Source of the DNA: an uncultured Bacilli bacterium
GTDB taxonomy: Bacteria; Bacillota_I; Bacilli_A; RF39; UBA660
Assembly: GCA_944372545.1 (NCBI GenBank)
Contig: CALVZO010000041.1
Span: forward strand, 3,325 to 67,324
Direction of reading: 5' to 3'
Length of the DNA stretch: 64,000 nt
Made by a program: the position numbers and the translations under genes. Below the pieces are notes generated by a model. The model saw only the letters and a program-made list of their open reading frames with translations, was not told where the DNA came from and made no database searches. Below, one piece after another: positions 17,346 through 26,426 of this stretch. How positions within the stretch are numbered: position 1 is the stretch's first letter; the number at the start of each line of letters is the position of its first letter.

Positions 17346-17891
17346 ATGAATTTAATTGGAGTTTTGGAAGGTTTACTATTTGTTGTTGGTGATGATGGAG
17401 TTACATTAAAGACTATTTGCGAAGTTTTAGGGGTAGATGAAAGTACTGCTAAAGATTTACTTATTGAATTAAAAAGAGAATATGAAAATGCTAATCGGGG
17501 TATAAGGGTAAGTTTTTTAGGAGAAACTTTTAAATTGACAACAAAAAAAGAACATAAAGAATATTATCAAAAATTAGTGAAAGAGAAAAATGAGGAATTA
17601 TCTCAGTCCCAATTAGAAGTTTTAGCAATTATTGCTTATAATGAACCAATTACAAGAATAGAAATAGATGAAATAAGGGGAATAAATAGTACTTATATTG
17701 TAAGGAAATTATTAAGTAGAGATTTAATTAAAGTAGTAGGTAAGAGTGATTTACCCGGAAAACCTAATATGTATAGAACAACTAGATTATTTTTAGATTT
17801 ATTTGGTTTATCTACTTTAAATGATTTACCAGATATGCCCAATATTGAAGAAAATGAAGAAAAAGATTTATTTAGTAAAATTAGTAACTAG
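17346..17891 (+). CDS. scpB: Segregation and condensation protein B
   Basis: LEGLLFVVGDDGV start, LEVLAIIAYNEPITRIEIDEIRG winged-helix block and GRPNLY-like PGKPNMYRTT. Confidence 0.88.
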   Translation: MNLIGVLEGLLFVVGDDGVTLKTICEVLGVDESTAKDLLIELKREYENANRGIRVSFLGETFKLTTKKEHKEYYQKLVKEKNEELSQSQLEVLAIIAYNEPITRIEIDEIRGINSTYIVRKLLSRDLIKVVGKSDLPGKPNMYRTTRLFLDLFGLSTLNDLPDMPNIEENEEKDLFSKISN

Positions 17892-17932
17892 TATAGATAA
17901 TAATTATTTGTTATGCTATAATTAGTTTACTT

Positions 17933-18019
17933 GCTTGTGTGGCGGAATAGGTAGACGCACAGCACTCAAAATGCTGCGGTTATATAACCATGAGAGTTCG
18001 ATTCTCTCCACAAGCACCA
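17933..18019 (+). tRNA. tRNA-Leu (CAA)
   Basis: Acceptor gcttgtg/cacaagc, anticodon loop ctCAAaa, long variable arm, T arm gagag-ttcgatt-ctctc, CCA. Confidence 0.9.
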
Positions 18020-18032
18020 TAAGAAAATTAGT

Positions 18033-18057
18033 CGAACTAAATAATAGTTCGTTTTTT
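18033..18057 (+). terminator. Rho-independent terminator after tRNA-Leu
   Basis: Hairpin cgaacta/tagttcg followed by tttttt. Confidence 0.75.
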
Positions 18058-18175
18058 GATGTCTTAAAAATAAAAACACCGATTATCAACAAAAAATAAC
18101 TTCTAAAAATAAAGACATTTTATCAGAATTTTGATACAATAATAATATAATTTAATAAGTTGTAGGAGTGATAAA

Positions 18176-18694
18176 ATGGACATATTTATTCCCGATATGT
18201 ATGTACAAAGTATTTATACAATTAATTATAAAAAATTAAAAAAAATAGGTATTAAATGTTTATTATTTGATTTAAATAATACTTTAGTTAGTTACGAGTG
18301 TGACTATCCTGATAAAAAATTACAAGAGTTTATTTATAATTTAGAAAGAGATTTTAAAGTTATAATTGTATCTAATAGTAATAAAAATAGAGTAAGACCA
18401 TTTAAAGAAAAATTAAATGTTGATTCATCTTTTTCTTCCAAAAAGCCAATGAAAACTAAGTTCAAAAAAATTATGAATTTATATAATTTTAAAGATACGG
18501 AAATAGCCATGATAGGAGATGAAATACTTACTGATATTTGGGGTGGAAACAAAATGGGATTTACGACTATTTTAGTAAATGGTATTAGTGAAATAGAGCC
18601 AATTCATATGCAAATAATAAGAAAAGTAGAAAAGAGAATAATTAAAAATTTAAATAAAAAGGGAATTTTATTTAAAGGAGAATATTATGAGTAA
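18176..18694 (+). CDS. yqeG: YqeG-family HAD phosphatase
   Basis: HAD motifs LLFDLNNTL, VSNS and GDEILTDIWGG. Followed by yqeH, as in Bacillus. Confidence 0.75.
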   Translation: MDIFIPDMYVQSIYTINYKKLKKIGIKCLLFDLNNTLVSYECDYPDKKLQEFIYNLERDFKVIIVSNSNKNRVRPFKEKLNVDSSFSSKKPMKTKFKKIMNLYNFKDTEIAMIGDEILTDIWGGNKMGFTTILVNGISEIEPIHMQIIRKVEKRIIKNLNKKGILFKGEYYE

Positions 18695-19571
18695 GTGTAT
18701 TGGTTGTGGAATAAAACTTCAAAATGAAAATATAAATGCTCTAGGGTATACAAAAAAATTAGATAATTTATATTGTGAAAGATGTTTTAAAACAATTCAT
18801 TATAATAAGGAAATAAAAGTTTCTAATCAAGATAATTATCAAATAGTAGATAAAATAAATAAATTAGGTTTATTTACAATATTTATAACTGACATATTAC
18901 ATTTAAATGAAGAGTTAATTAAATTATTTAAAAGCTTTAATAATAAGAAAGTATTAGTTATTAATAAAAGTGATATAATACCTAAAAATTTAAAATTAGA
19001 ACATTTAACTTTAAATATAAAAGAAAGTTATAATATTAATAATGATATATTTTTTATTAGTGCAAAGAGTAAAAATAATATAAATAAAATTATTAAGTTA
19101 ATTGAAGAAAATAAAAAAGTTATTTTATGTGGTGAAACTAGCAGTGGAAAATCTACTTTAATAAATAGTTTAACAGATAGTCTTTTAACTACAAGTAAGT
19201 ATAATAATACAACATTAGATTTTATTAAAATTAAATACTTAGATTATATTATTTATGATAGTCCAGGTTTTATTGTAAGTAATTTTAAAAATGTTGAAAA
19301 ATATAGACTACTTACAAAAACATTAAATTCTAAATATATTTATGATATAGGAGGTATAAAAATAACAGGTGATGGTAATATAACTTTATTTTTACCTCAT
19401 GATTATTTATTAAGTAGTAAAAAAGATAATTCAAGTTTAATATATGAATTAGATATAAAGAGTGTTAGTGATATAATACTTCCAAATGGAGGATTTATAT
19501 TTATAAAAAATAATATGAAATTAAAAGTTAGTCAAGAATTGGAGATAAGAAAATCAATAATAGGTAGGTAG
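18687..19571 (+). CDS. yqeH: Ribosome-biogenesis GTPase YqeH (circularly permuted, short form)
   Basis: N-terminal zinc finger CIGCG..CERC. Permuted order G4 NKSD, then G1 GETSSGKST, then G3 DSPG. Confidence 0.7.
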   Translation: MSKCIGCGIKLQNENINALGYTKKLDNLYCERCFKTIHYNKEIKVSNQDNYQIVDKINKLGLFTIFITDILHLNEELIKLFKSFNNKKVLVINKSDIIPKNLKLEHLTLNIKESYNINNDIFFISAKSKNNINKIIKLIEENKKVILCGETSSGKSTLINSLTDSLLTTSKYNNTTLDFIKIKYLDYIIYDSPGFIVSNFKNVEKYRLLTKTLNSKYIYDIGGIKITGDGNITLFLPHDYLLSSKKDNSSLIYELDIKSVSDIILPNGGFIFIKNNMKLKVSQELEIRKSIIGR

Positions 19572-19575
19572 TAGT

Positions 19576-21351
19576 ATGAGTGTTATCAAAGTAATGAGTG
19601 AGAATTTAGCCAATAAAATAGCAGCGGGAGAAGTTGTTGAAAAATGTGCATCAGTTGTTAAAGAATTAGTAGAAAATAGTATTGATGCAAAGGCTAAAAA
19701 TATCAAAATAGAATTAAAAAAGGGCGGATTAGAAGAAATAACTGTAATTGATGATGGTATTGGAATGGACGAAGAAGATGCCGCTTTAGCATTTCAAAGA
19801 CACGCAACTAGTAAAATTTATAAAGATGATGATTTATTTTTTATTGATACCCTAGGTTTTAGAGGTGAAGCCTTACCATCTATTGCAAGTGTGTCTGAAG
19901 TTTTATTAGAAACTTGTCAAAAAGATGTTGGGACACTTATTCATATTAAAGGAGGCATTTTCCAAAATAAAACAGCCTCACCAGCAAGAATTGGGACAAA
20001 AATTACCATAACGAATTTATTTTATAATACACCAGCAAGATTAAAATATTTAAAAAGTGAACAAACAGAACTTGCTAACACAGTAGCGTTTATTGAAAAA
20101 TTATCTTTAGCAAAACCAAGTATTTCCTTTACTCTTTTAAATAATGAAAAAGTAGTAGTTAAAACAAGTGGTAGTAATAATTTACTTAAAGCAATTCATG
20201 AAATATATGGATTAAATATATCAAGTAATATGTTAGATATATATGCTTTAAATGATGATTTTGAAATAAAGGGCTTTATTTGTAAACCGGAATTATTAAA
20301 ATCAACAAGAAGTCATATGACAACTTTTATTAATGGGAGAGTTATCAGAAATAATGAAATAAATAAAGCCATAAATGATGCTTATTATACTTATAAACCA
20401 GACGGAAAATATCCTGTAGTGGTTATCAATATTGAAACAGATCCAACTTTAGTAGATGTTAATATTCACCCAACTAAACAAGATGTTAAATTAAGTAAAA
20501 TAGGGGATTTATCAAAATTATTATATGATACAATTAAAAATAGATTATATCAAAGTTTATTAATACCTAAGGGTATAAAAGAAGAGAGTGTTAAAAATAC
20601 AGATTTTTTAAATATAAGTAATGAATTATCTAATAATAATTTCTTAAAAATAGATAGTGATTTAATAAATAAAAATGATTTAGAAGAAACAGAATCATTT
20701 AAGCAAACAACTTTTGATTTTGGAGAAGATACTTATGAAAATTCTGTAAAAAATGAAGAATTTAAAAAGTTAGTATTGTATCCAGTTGGTATTGCCCATG
20801 GAACTTATATAATTTGTGAAAATGATGAAGGTATGTATTTAATTGATCAACATGCTGCGCAAGAGAGAGTTAATTATGAAAATTATTTAGATAATATAAA
20901 AAAAGAAGAAATTACAATAACAGATTTATTAATACCGATAAGTATTGAATTTAGTAATGCTGATTATATAAAATTTATGTCAAATAAAGATAAATTTACT
21001 AATTTAGGTTTTTCTTTTGAAGAATTTGGGATTAATACTATAATAATTAAAAAACACCCAACTTGGTTAAAAACTGGTTATGAAGAAGTAAGTATTAGAA
21101 AAATAATTGATTTAATAATAAATTTAGATAATAATTTTGATATTTATAAATTTAGAGAAAATGTCGCAATAACTTTAGCATGTAAAATGGCTATTAAGGC
21201 TAATGAACATATTTCAATGTTGGAAATAGAAGGATTACTGAAAAATTTAGTTAAATGTGATAATCCTTATAATTGTCCTCATGGAAGACCAACAATAATT
21301 AAGTTTAGTATATATGATTTAGAAAAAATGTTTAAAAGAGCAATGAATTAA
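19576..21351 (+). CDS. mutL: DNA mismatch repair protein MutL
   Basis: GHKL ATPase N-terminus (IAAGEVVE, VKELVENSIDA, DDGIGM, GFRGEAL) and C-terminal QHAAQERV / CPHGRPT endonuclease-domain motifs. Confidence 0.92.
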   Translation: MSVIKVMSENLANKIAAGEVVEKCASVVKELVENSIDAKAKNIKIELKKGGLEEITVIDDGIGMDEEDAALAFQRHATSKIYKDDDLFFIDTLGFRGEALPSIASVSEVLLETCQKDVGTLIHIKGGIFQNKTASPARIGTKITITNLFYNTPARLKYLKSEQTELANTVAFIEKLSLAKPSISFTLLNNEKVVVKTSGSNNLLKAIHEIYGLNISSNMLDIYALNDDFEIKGFICKPELLKSTRSHMTTFINGRVIRNNEINKAINDAYYTYKPDGKYPVVVINIETDPTLVDVNIHPTKQDVKLSKIGDLSKLLYDTIKNRLYQSLLIPKGIKEESVKNTDFLNISNELSNNNFLKIDSDLINKNDLEETESFKQTTFDFGEDTYENSVKNEEFKKLVLYPVGIAHGTYIICENDEGMYLIDQHAAQERVNYENYLDNIKKEEITITDLLIPISIEFSNADYIKFMSNKDKFTNLGFSFEEFGINTIIIKKHPTWLKTGYEEVSIRKIIDLIINLDNNFDIYKFRENVAITLACKMAIKANEHISMLEIEGLLKNLVKCDNPYNCPHGRPTIIKFSIYDLEKMFKRAMN

Positions 21352-21447
21352 GATAATTATTATTTTTATTAGTTTGATTAAGTTTATGAATTTCTTGCAA
21401 AATAAATTAATGTATTATAGAATATAATTAATGAAAGGAAATTAATT

Positions 21448-21657
21448 ATGTTAGAAAATATATTATATTTAATTGGTGGTTTAGTTGTTGGTATTATTTT
21501 AGGTTTTTTAATATCGCGTTTTATAATGAAAAAGTATTTAGAAAAAAATCCACCGATTAATGAAAAAATGATTGAAGTTATGATGAGTAGTATGGGAAGA
21601 AAACCTAGTCAAAAGCAAGTAAAACAAGTAATGAATCAAATGAATAGATTTAAATAA
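21448..21657 (+). CDS. UPF0154 (YneF-like) small membrane protein
   Basis: 69 aa with an N-terminal TM helix, then [25 protein letters not shown], typical of the family. Confidence 0.65.
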   Translation: MLENILYLIGGLVVGIILGFLISRFIMKKYLEKNPPINEKMIEVMMSSMGRKPSQKQVKQVMNQMNRFK

Positions 21658-21694
21658 TCTTGTAATTTTAAAATAATTTTGTTATAGTTAATTA

Positions 21695-21888
21695 AATCGA
21701 TGAAGAAAGATTAGTAATTATATTTGTGTTTTTGTAGAGAGTTAGTGGTAGGTGCAAACTAATAAACAGATATAATGAATCTCCTTTTTGAGAGTATTAA
21801 AAAATGCCGAGTAGTTTCGTTATTAACTAAATAAGTGATATATTGGATGGTACCGCAGAATTGCTCCTTGTAGTTCTGTGGTTTTTTT
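21695..21888 (+). promoter_or_regulatory. T-box leader (Ser specifier) controlling serS
   Basis: Promoter TTGTAA-N17-TATAGT lies at 21660-21688. Stem I elements are agaga and ggtgcaa. The specifier region gaaTCTCC gives TCT/TCC Ser codons at 21780-21784. The T-box is ggatggtaccgcag, followed by a terminator hairpin and T7 ending at 21888. Confidence 0.8.
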
Positions 21889-21906
21889 AAAGAAAGAGAG
21901 GATATT

Positions 21907-23190
21907 ATGTTAGATATTAAATTAATAAGAGAAAATAGTGATTTAGTAAAGGAAAATATTAAAAAGAAAATTCAAGATGAAAAATTACCTTTAGTAGATG
22001 AGGTAATAGAACTTGATAAACAAATAAGAGAATTAAAAGTTACTGGTGATAATTTAAGACAAGAGAGAAATAAAGCAAGTGATAATATAGGGATTTTGTT
22101 TAAAGAAAAAAAGGTTGAAGAAGCAAATAACTTAAAAGAAAAAGTATTAGAAATTAATAAAGAATTAGTAGAAATTGAAAATAAGGAAAAAGAATTAGAA
22201 GAAGTATTTAAAACTAAAATGATGATTATTCCTAATATAATTGATGAAAGTGTTCCAATTGGTAAAGATGATACTGAAAATGTTGAGTTAGAAAAATTTG
22301 GCGATCCATTTGTACCTAATTATGAAATACCTTATCATGCAGATATTATCAATAATTTTTCTGGACTTGATAAAGAGGCAGCCGGTAGAACTAGTGGAGA
22401 AGGCTTTTACTTTTTAAAAGGTGATATTGCAAGACTTCACAGTGCACTTTTAACTTATGCAAGAGACTTTATGATTAATAAAGGATTTACTTACTTTTTA
22501 CCACCATTTATGATAAGAAGTGAAGTTGTAACTGGGGTTATGAGTTTTAAAGAAATGGAAGCCATGATGTATAAAATTGAAGGAGAAGATTTATACTTAA
22601 TTGGTACAAGTGAACACTCAATGATGGGAAGATTTATTGGCCAAATAATAAAAGAAGAGGAACTTCCTTTAACTCTTACAAGTTATTCTCCATGTTTTCG
22701 TAAAGAAGGTGGCTCTCATGGTTTAGAAGAAAGAGGATTATACCGAGTACATCAATTTGAAAAACAAGAAATGGTTGTTTTATGTAAAATGGAAGAGGGA
22801 ATGCATTGGTATAATAAAATGTGGGAATATACAGTAGAATTTTTCCGTTCTTTAGATATACCAGTAAGAACATTGGAGTGTTGTTCTGGAGATTTAGCCG
22901 ATTTAAAAGTTAAATCTTGTGATGTTGAAGCCTGGAGTCCAAGACAAAAGAAATATTTTGAAGTTGGCTCATGTTCAATTTTAGGAGATGCTCAAACAAG
23001 AAGATTAAAAATTCGTTATAAAGATGATGAAGGAACAAAATATTTATGTTCTCTTAATAACACGGTACTTGCTACTCCAAGGGGATTAATTGCGTTTTTA
23101 GAAAACAATTATAATGAAGATGGCTCAGTAAATATACCTGAAGTTCTTCGGCCTTACATGGGTGGTTTAGAAGTTATCAAACCAAAATAA
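21907..23190 (+). CDS. serS: Seryl-tRNA synthetase
   Basis: Coiled-coil N-terminus and class II motifs (YLIGTSEH, FRKEGG, RVHQFEKQE, GSCS...TRR). 427 aa. Confidence 0.95.
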   Translation: MLDIKLIRENSDLVKENIKKKIQDEKLPLVDEVIELDKQIRELKVTGDNLRQERNKASDNIGILFKEKKVEEANNLKEKVLEINKELVEIENKEKELEEVFKTKMMIIPNIIDESVPIGKDDTENVELEKFGDPFVPNYEIPYHADIINNFSGLDKEAAGRTSGEGFYFLKGDIARLHSALLTYARDFMINKGFTYFLPPFMIRSEVVTGVMSFKEMEAMMYKIEGEDLYLIGTSEHSMMGRFIGQIIKEEELPLTLTSYSPCFRKEGGSHGLEERGLYRVHQFEKQEMVVLCKMEEGMHWYNKMWEYTVEFFRSLDIPVRTLECCSGDLADLKVKSCDVEAWSPRQKKYFEVGSCSILGDAQTRRLKIRYKDDEGTKYLCSLNNTVLATPRGLIAFLENNYNEDGSVNIPEVLRPYMGGLEVIKPK

Positions 23191-23206
23191 AAATAATTGA
23201 ATTTAC

Positions 23207-23232
23207 GAGTATGATTAGCATACTCTTTTTTT
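23207..23232 (+). terminator. serS terminator
   Basis: Hairpin gagtatg/catactc followed by ttttttt. Confidence 0.85.
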
Positions 23233-23249
23233 CTCTACTCGATTGTAAT

Positions 23250-23970
23250 GAACCCCCCCAGTAAAACTTGGGGTTCTAAAGAGCTTTAGCGTTACAAAGA
23301 AAAACCTCCTTTGATAAAATAAGTGCTGTCTATCAAATGCACTAAATAATCAAAGGAGGAGTCCTAAGTGGACGTAAATAGTTTAGCACACACGAAGTGG
23401 AATTGCAAATACCACGTAGTGTTTGCCCCAAAATTCAGAAGAAAAATAATATATCATCAATTAAGGATATAGGAAAAATAATTAGAATGCTATGTGAAAG
23501 AAAAGATATAACAATAATTGAAGCGGAGTTATGTCCAGACCATATACATATGTTAATAAGTATTCCACCAAAAATGAGTGTTGCAGGAGCAATAGGCTAT
23601 ATAAAAGGTAAGAGTACATTGTTGATATTTGATAGGCACGCAGATATGAAATATAAATACGGTCAAAGGCAGTTTTGGTGTAGAGGATATTATGTAGATA
23701 CAGTAGGTAAAAATACAAAAGCAATACAAGAGAGCGCAATATAGCGTTGCCAGTAAGTGACCCTTATAGGGCAAAGTAAAACTACTAGCTAAGCAGGTAG
23801 ATTTTTATTGTATCATTATTGTATCATTTTATGGTTTTTGTATTCTTTTTTTAAAATTAAATAAACTATTAAGTAGTATAAAATATAGTAATATAATATG
23901 TTACTAGTTGGAATCTCAAACAAAAACATCGTTAGTCCCTTGAATCAATTGGGGAAAACGATGTTTTTAT
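23250..23970 (+). mobile_element. Decayed IS200/IS605-family element (approximate ends)
   Basis: Carries the tnpA remnant. Subterminal hairpins lie at about 23255-23276 (cccccagtaaaacttgggg) and about 23921-23968 (aaaaacatcgtt...aacgatgttttt). Overall size is about 0.7 kb. Confidence 0.55.
23368..23778 (+). pseudogene. tnpA: IS200-type Y1 transposase TnpA, frameshifted and internally deleted
   Basis: It opens VDVNSLAHTKWNCKYHVVFAPKFRRKIIY in one frame. It continues DIGKIIRMLCERKDITIIEAELCPDHIHMLISIPPK...FWCRGYYVDTVG in another, with a 1-nt loss near 23461. The C-terminal end DPYRAK* sits in a third frame. Confidence 0.8.
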
Positions 23971-24173
23971 ATATATTGAACTACAAAACTCGGAAAAATC
24001 TAGTTATAATACCTCATATTATCGTAGAAAAAATATGATTTAATAAAAGTCATTCCAAAAAAACTCCACAGTGAAGTTTTTTTGGAATGAAATGTTGATA
24101 AAATTCATAAAATAGGGTAGAATATAACTGAAGTGTATTTATACTATAGTTTTTGCTATAGTATTTTTTTAAT

Positions 24174-24293
24174 CTCACTGAAAATTACTGACAAAAGTGA
24201 CACTAATTTTCAGTGAGAAGTTGTTTTTAACTTAATTTTGTTATATAATTGTACTGAAAATTAGTGGTAAAAGTGACACTGGTTTTCAGTGAG
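24174..24293. repeat. Two copies of a 41-44 bp dyad element bracketing the promoter of the AAA ATPase gene
   Basis: Copy A (24174-24217) is ctcactgaaaatt-actgacaaaagtgacact-aattttcagtgag. Copy B (24253-24293) is actgaaaatt-agtggtaaaagtgacact-ggttttcagtgag. TTGTTT-N17-TATAAT (24221-24249) lies between them. Copy B abuts the RBS gaggag. Confidence 0.6.
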
Positions 24294-24303
24294 GAGAATA
24301 TTT

Positions 24304-25545
24304 ATGCAAGAAATAAGTAGAGAAGAGTATTTAAAAGAACTTATTAGTAGTAAAGGAAATCGTCTTATAAAAGTAATTACAGGTATTAGAAGATGTGGAA
24401 AAAGTTATTTGCTTGATCCTATATTTAAAAATTATTTATTAAATGATGGAGTAAAACAAGATCATATTATTAAATTAGATTTAGATTTAATTGAAAATAA
24501 AAAATATCGAAATCCAATGGAATTATATAATTTTGTTATGGAAAAAATAAAGGATGATGATATTTATTATGTTCTTTTAGATGAAATACAATTAGCAGAA
24601 AATTTTGAAGAAGTACTAAATAGTTTTTTAAAAAAATCTAATTTAGATGTATATGTTACAGGAAGTAATTCTAAATTTTTATCTAGTGATATAATTACTG
24701 AATTTAGAGGGAGAAGTACGGAAATAAAAATATATCCATTGTCGTTTAAAGAATTTGTTGAATTAAAAAAATTATCTTTAGATAAAGCATGGAAAGAGTA
24801 TGTTATGTATGGTGGGCTACCTCCAGTTGTTTTGCAAGAAAATGAAAAACAAAAAAGAGATTATCTATTAAATTTATTTGAAACAACTTATTTAAAAGAT
24901 ATCATTGAAAGAAATGATATTAAAAGAAAAGATGTTTTAGATGCAATTGTAAATATTTTAGCCTCAAGTATTGGTTCCCTTACTAATCCTTCAAATATTT
25001 ATAAAACTTATATTGCAAAAAGTGATAATGATATTTCTATAAATACTGTAAATTTATATATAGAATATTTAGAAAATGCCTTCTTGATTAGTAAAAGTAA
25101 TCGCTATAATGTAAAGGGAAGAAAGTATGTTTCAACGCCATTTAAATATTATTTTACAGATTTAGGATTAAGAAATATGAGATTAAATTTTCGTCAACAA
25201 GAAGAAAATCATATTATGGAAAATATTATTTATAATGAACTTTTAATAAGAGGTTATAATGTTGATGTTGGAGTTGTGGAAGTTAGAAATAAAGAAGGTA
25301 GAGTATATTATGAAGTTGATTTTGTTTGTAATATGGCAAGTAATAGATATTATATACAGTCGGCATTAAATATTGATACTCCTGAAAAAAATAATCAAGA
25401 ATCTCGTTCATTAAATGCAATTGGAGATAATTTTAAAAAAATAATTATTGTAAGAGATGATATAAATTTATGGCATAATGAAGATGGCATTTTAATAATT
25501 GGAATTAAAGAATTTTTATTAAATAAAGATAGTTTAAATTTATAG
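24304..25545 (+). CDS. AAA+ ATPase of the AAA_14/DUF4143 type
   Basis: Walker A GIRRCGKSYLL and Walker B YVLLDEIQ, with a C-terminal DUF4143-like region. Start moved to ATG 24304 behind gaggag. Confidence 0.7.
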   Translation: MQEISREEYLKELISSKGNRLIKVITGIRRCGKSYLLDPIFKNYLLNDGVKQDHIIKLDLDLIENKKYRNPMELYNFVMEKIKDDDIYYVLLDEIQLAENFEEVLNSFLKKSNLDVYVTGSNSKFLSSDIITEFRGRSTEIKIYPLSFKEFVELKKLSLDKAWKEYVMYGGLPPVVLQENEKQKRDYLLNLFETTYLKDIIERNDIKRKDVLDAIVNILASSIGSLTNPSNIYKTYIAKSDNDISINTVNLYIEYLENAFLISKSNRYNVKGRKYVSTPFKYYFTDLGLRNMRLNFRQQEENHIMENIIYNELLIRGYNVDVGVVEVRNKEGRVYYEVDFVCNMASNRYYIQSALNIDTPEKNNQESRSLNAIGDNFKKIIIVRDDINLWHNEDGILIIGIKEFLLNKDSLNL

Positions 25546-25558
25546 AAAGAAGGTTTTT

Positions 25559-26362
25559 ATGTTAACAATAAATATTTATTATACTGGGGTTAATGGTAGT
25601 GCTAAAAAGTTTGTGGAAGAAATGATTACAAGTGGCTTAGTGGACAAAATAAGAAGTGAAAAAGGAAATATTAGTTATGAATATTTTTATAGTGTAATTG
25701 ATGAAGAAACGGTTTTATTAAAAGATGTATGGGAAAACGTTGAAGATTTAGATAGTCATCATAAGGGAGAATTAATGGAAAGTATTGCTAAATTAAGAGA
25801 AAAATATCAGTTAAAAATGAAAGTTATGCAATATAAAAATAGAGAAGAATATAATGAAGATTTTGAAACTGTTATAAGAAAGAGAACGGCTACAAGAAAA
25901 TTTAAAAATAAAGAAGTACCAAAACATTTAATAGATAAAATATTAGAAGCAGGAAGACTTGCACCGACTGCTAAAAATTTACAACCACAAAAGATATTAG
26001 TAGTAACTAGTAAAGAAGGATTAAAATTAATTGATGAAGTAAGTCCCTGCCGTTATAATGCGCCTTGCGTAATGGTTGTATGCAGCGATAAAAGTAAGGC
26101 ATTTATTAAAGAAGATAGTAGTACTTATATAGTTGATGCTTCAATTGTAGCAACACATATGATGTTAGAAGCAACTAATGTAGGGATAGATAATATATGG
26201 ATAGAGATGTTTGATAAGAAAAAATTAAAAGAAGTATTTCAATTAGATAAAGACATCTTTCCTATTTGTTTATTACCAATGGGGTATAAAAGTGATGATT
26301 ATTTAGGTAATCCAAATCATTTAATTAGAAAAAATATTAAAGAAATGGTTGAATATAAATAA
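25559..26362 (+). CDS. Fusion protein: ABM (monooxygenase-like) domain + nitroreductase domain
   Basis: The N-terminal approximately 95 aa are a ferredoxin-like ABM pattern. The C-terminal part has nitroreductase motifs RKRTATRKF and EAGRLAPTAKNLQP. Confidence 0.6.
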   Translation: MLTINIYYTGVNGSAKKFVEEMITSGLVDKIRSEKGNISYEYFYSVIDEETVLLKDVWENVEDLDSHHKGELMESIAKLREKYQLKMKVMQYKNREEYNEDFETVIRKRTATRKFKNKEVPKHLIDKILEAGRLAPTAKNLQPQKILVVTSKEGLKLIDEVSPCRYNAPCVMVVCSDKSKAFIKEDSSTYIVDASIVATHMMLEATNVGIDNIWIEMFDKKKLKEVFQLDKDIFPICLLPMGYKSDDYLGNPNHLIRKNIKEMVEYK

Positions 26363-26404
26363 AATAACCATTTTTTCTTATCTTAATATGCAGAATTTGT
26401 CAAA

Positions 26405-26426
26405 TTATGATAACGTTTGTCGAAAG
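26405..26426 (+). promoter_or_regulatory. Spo0A-box-containing motif (TTATGATAACGTTTGTCGAAAG)
   Basis: Perfect 0A box TGTCGAA at 26418-26424. 19 of 22 positions match the copy upstream of spoIIAA. Confidence 0.4.

Noticed and set aside
23806-23827. Tandem attgtatcatt x2 as a CRISPR or minisatellite
   Set aside because: There are only two 11-bp units with no spacers. They lie inside the IS200 relic region.
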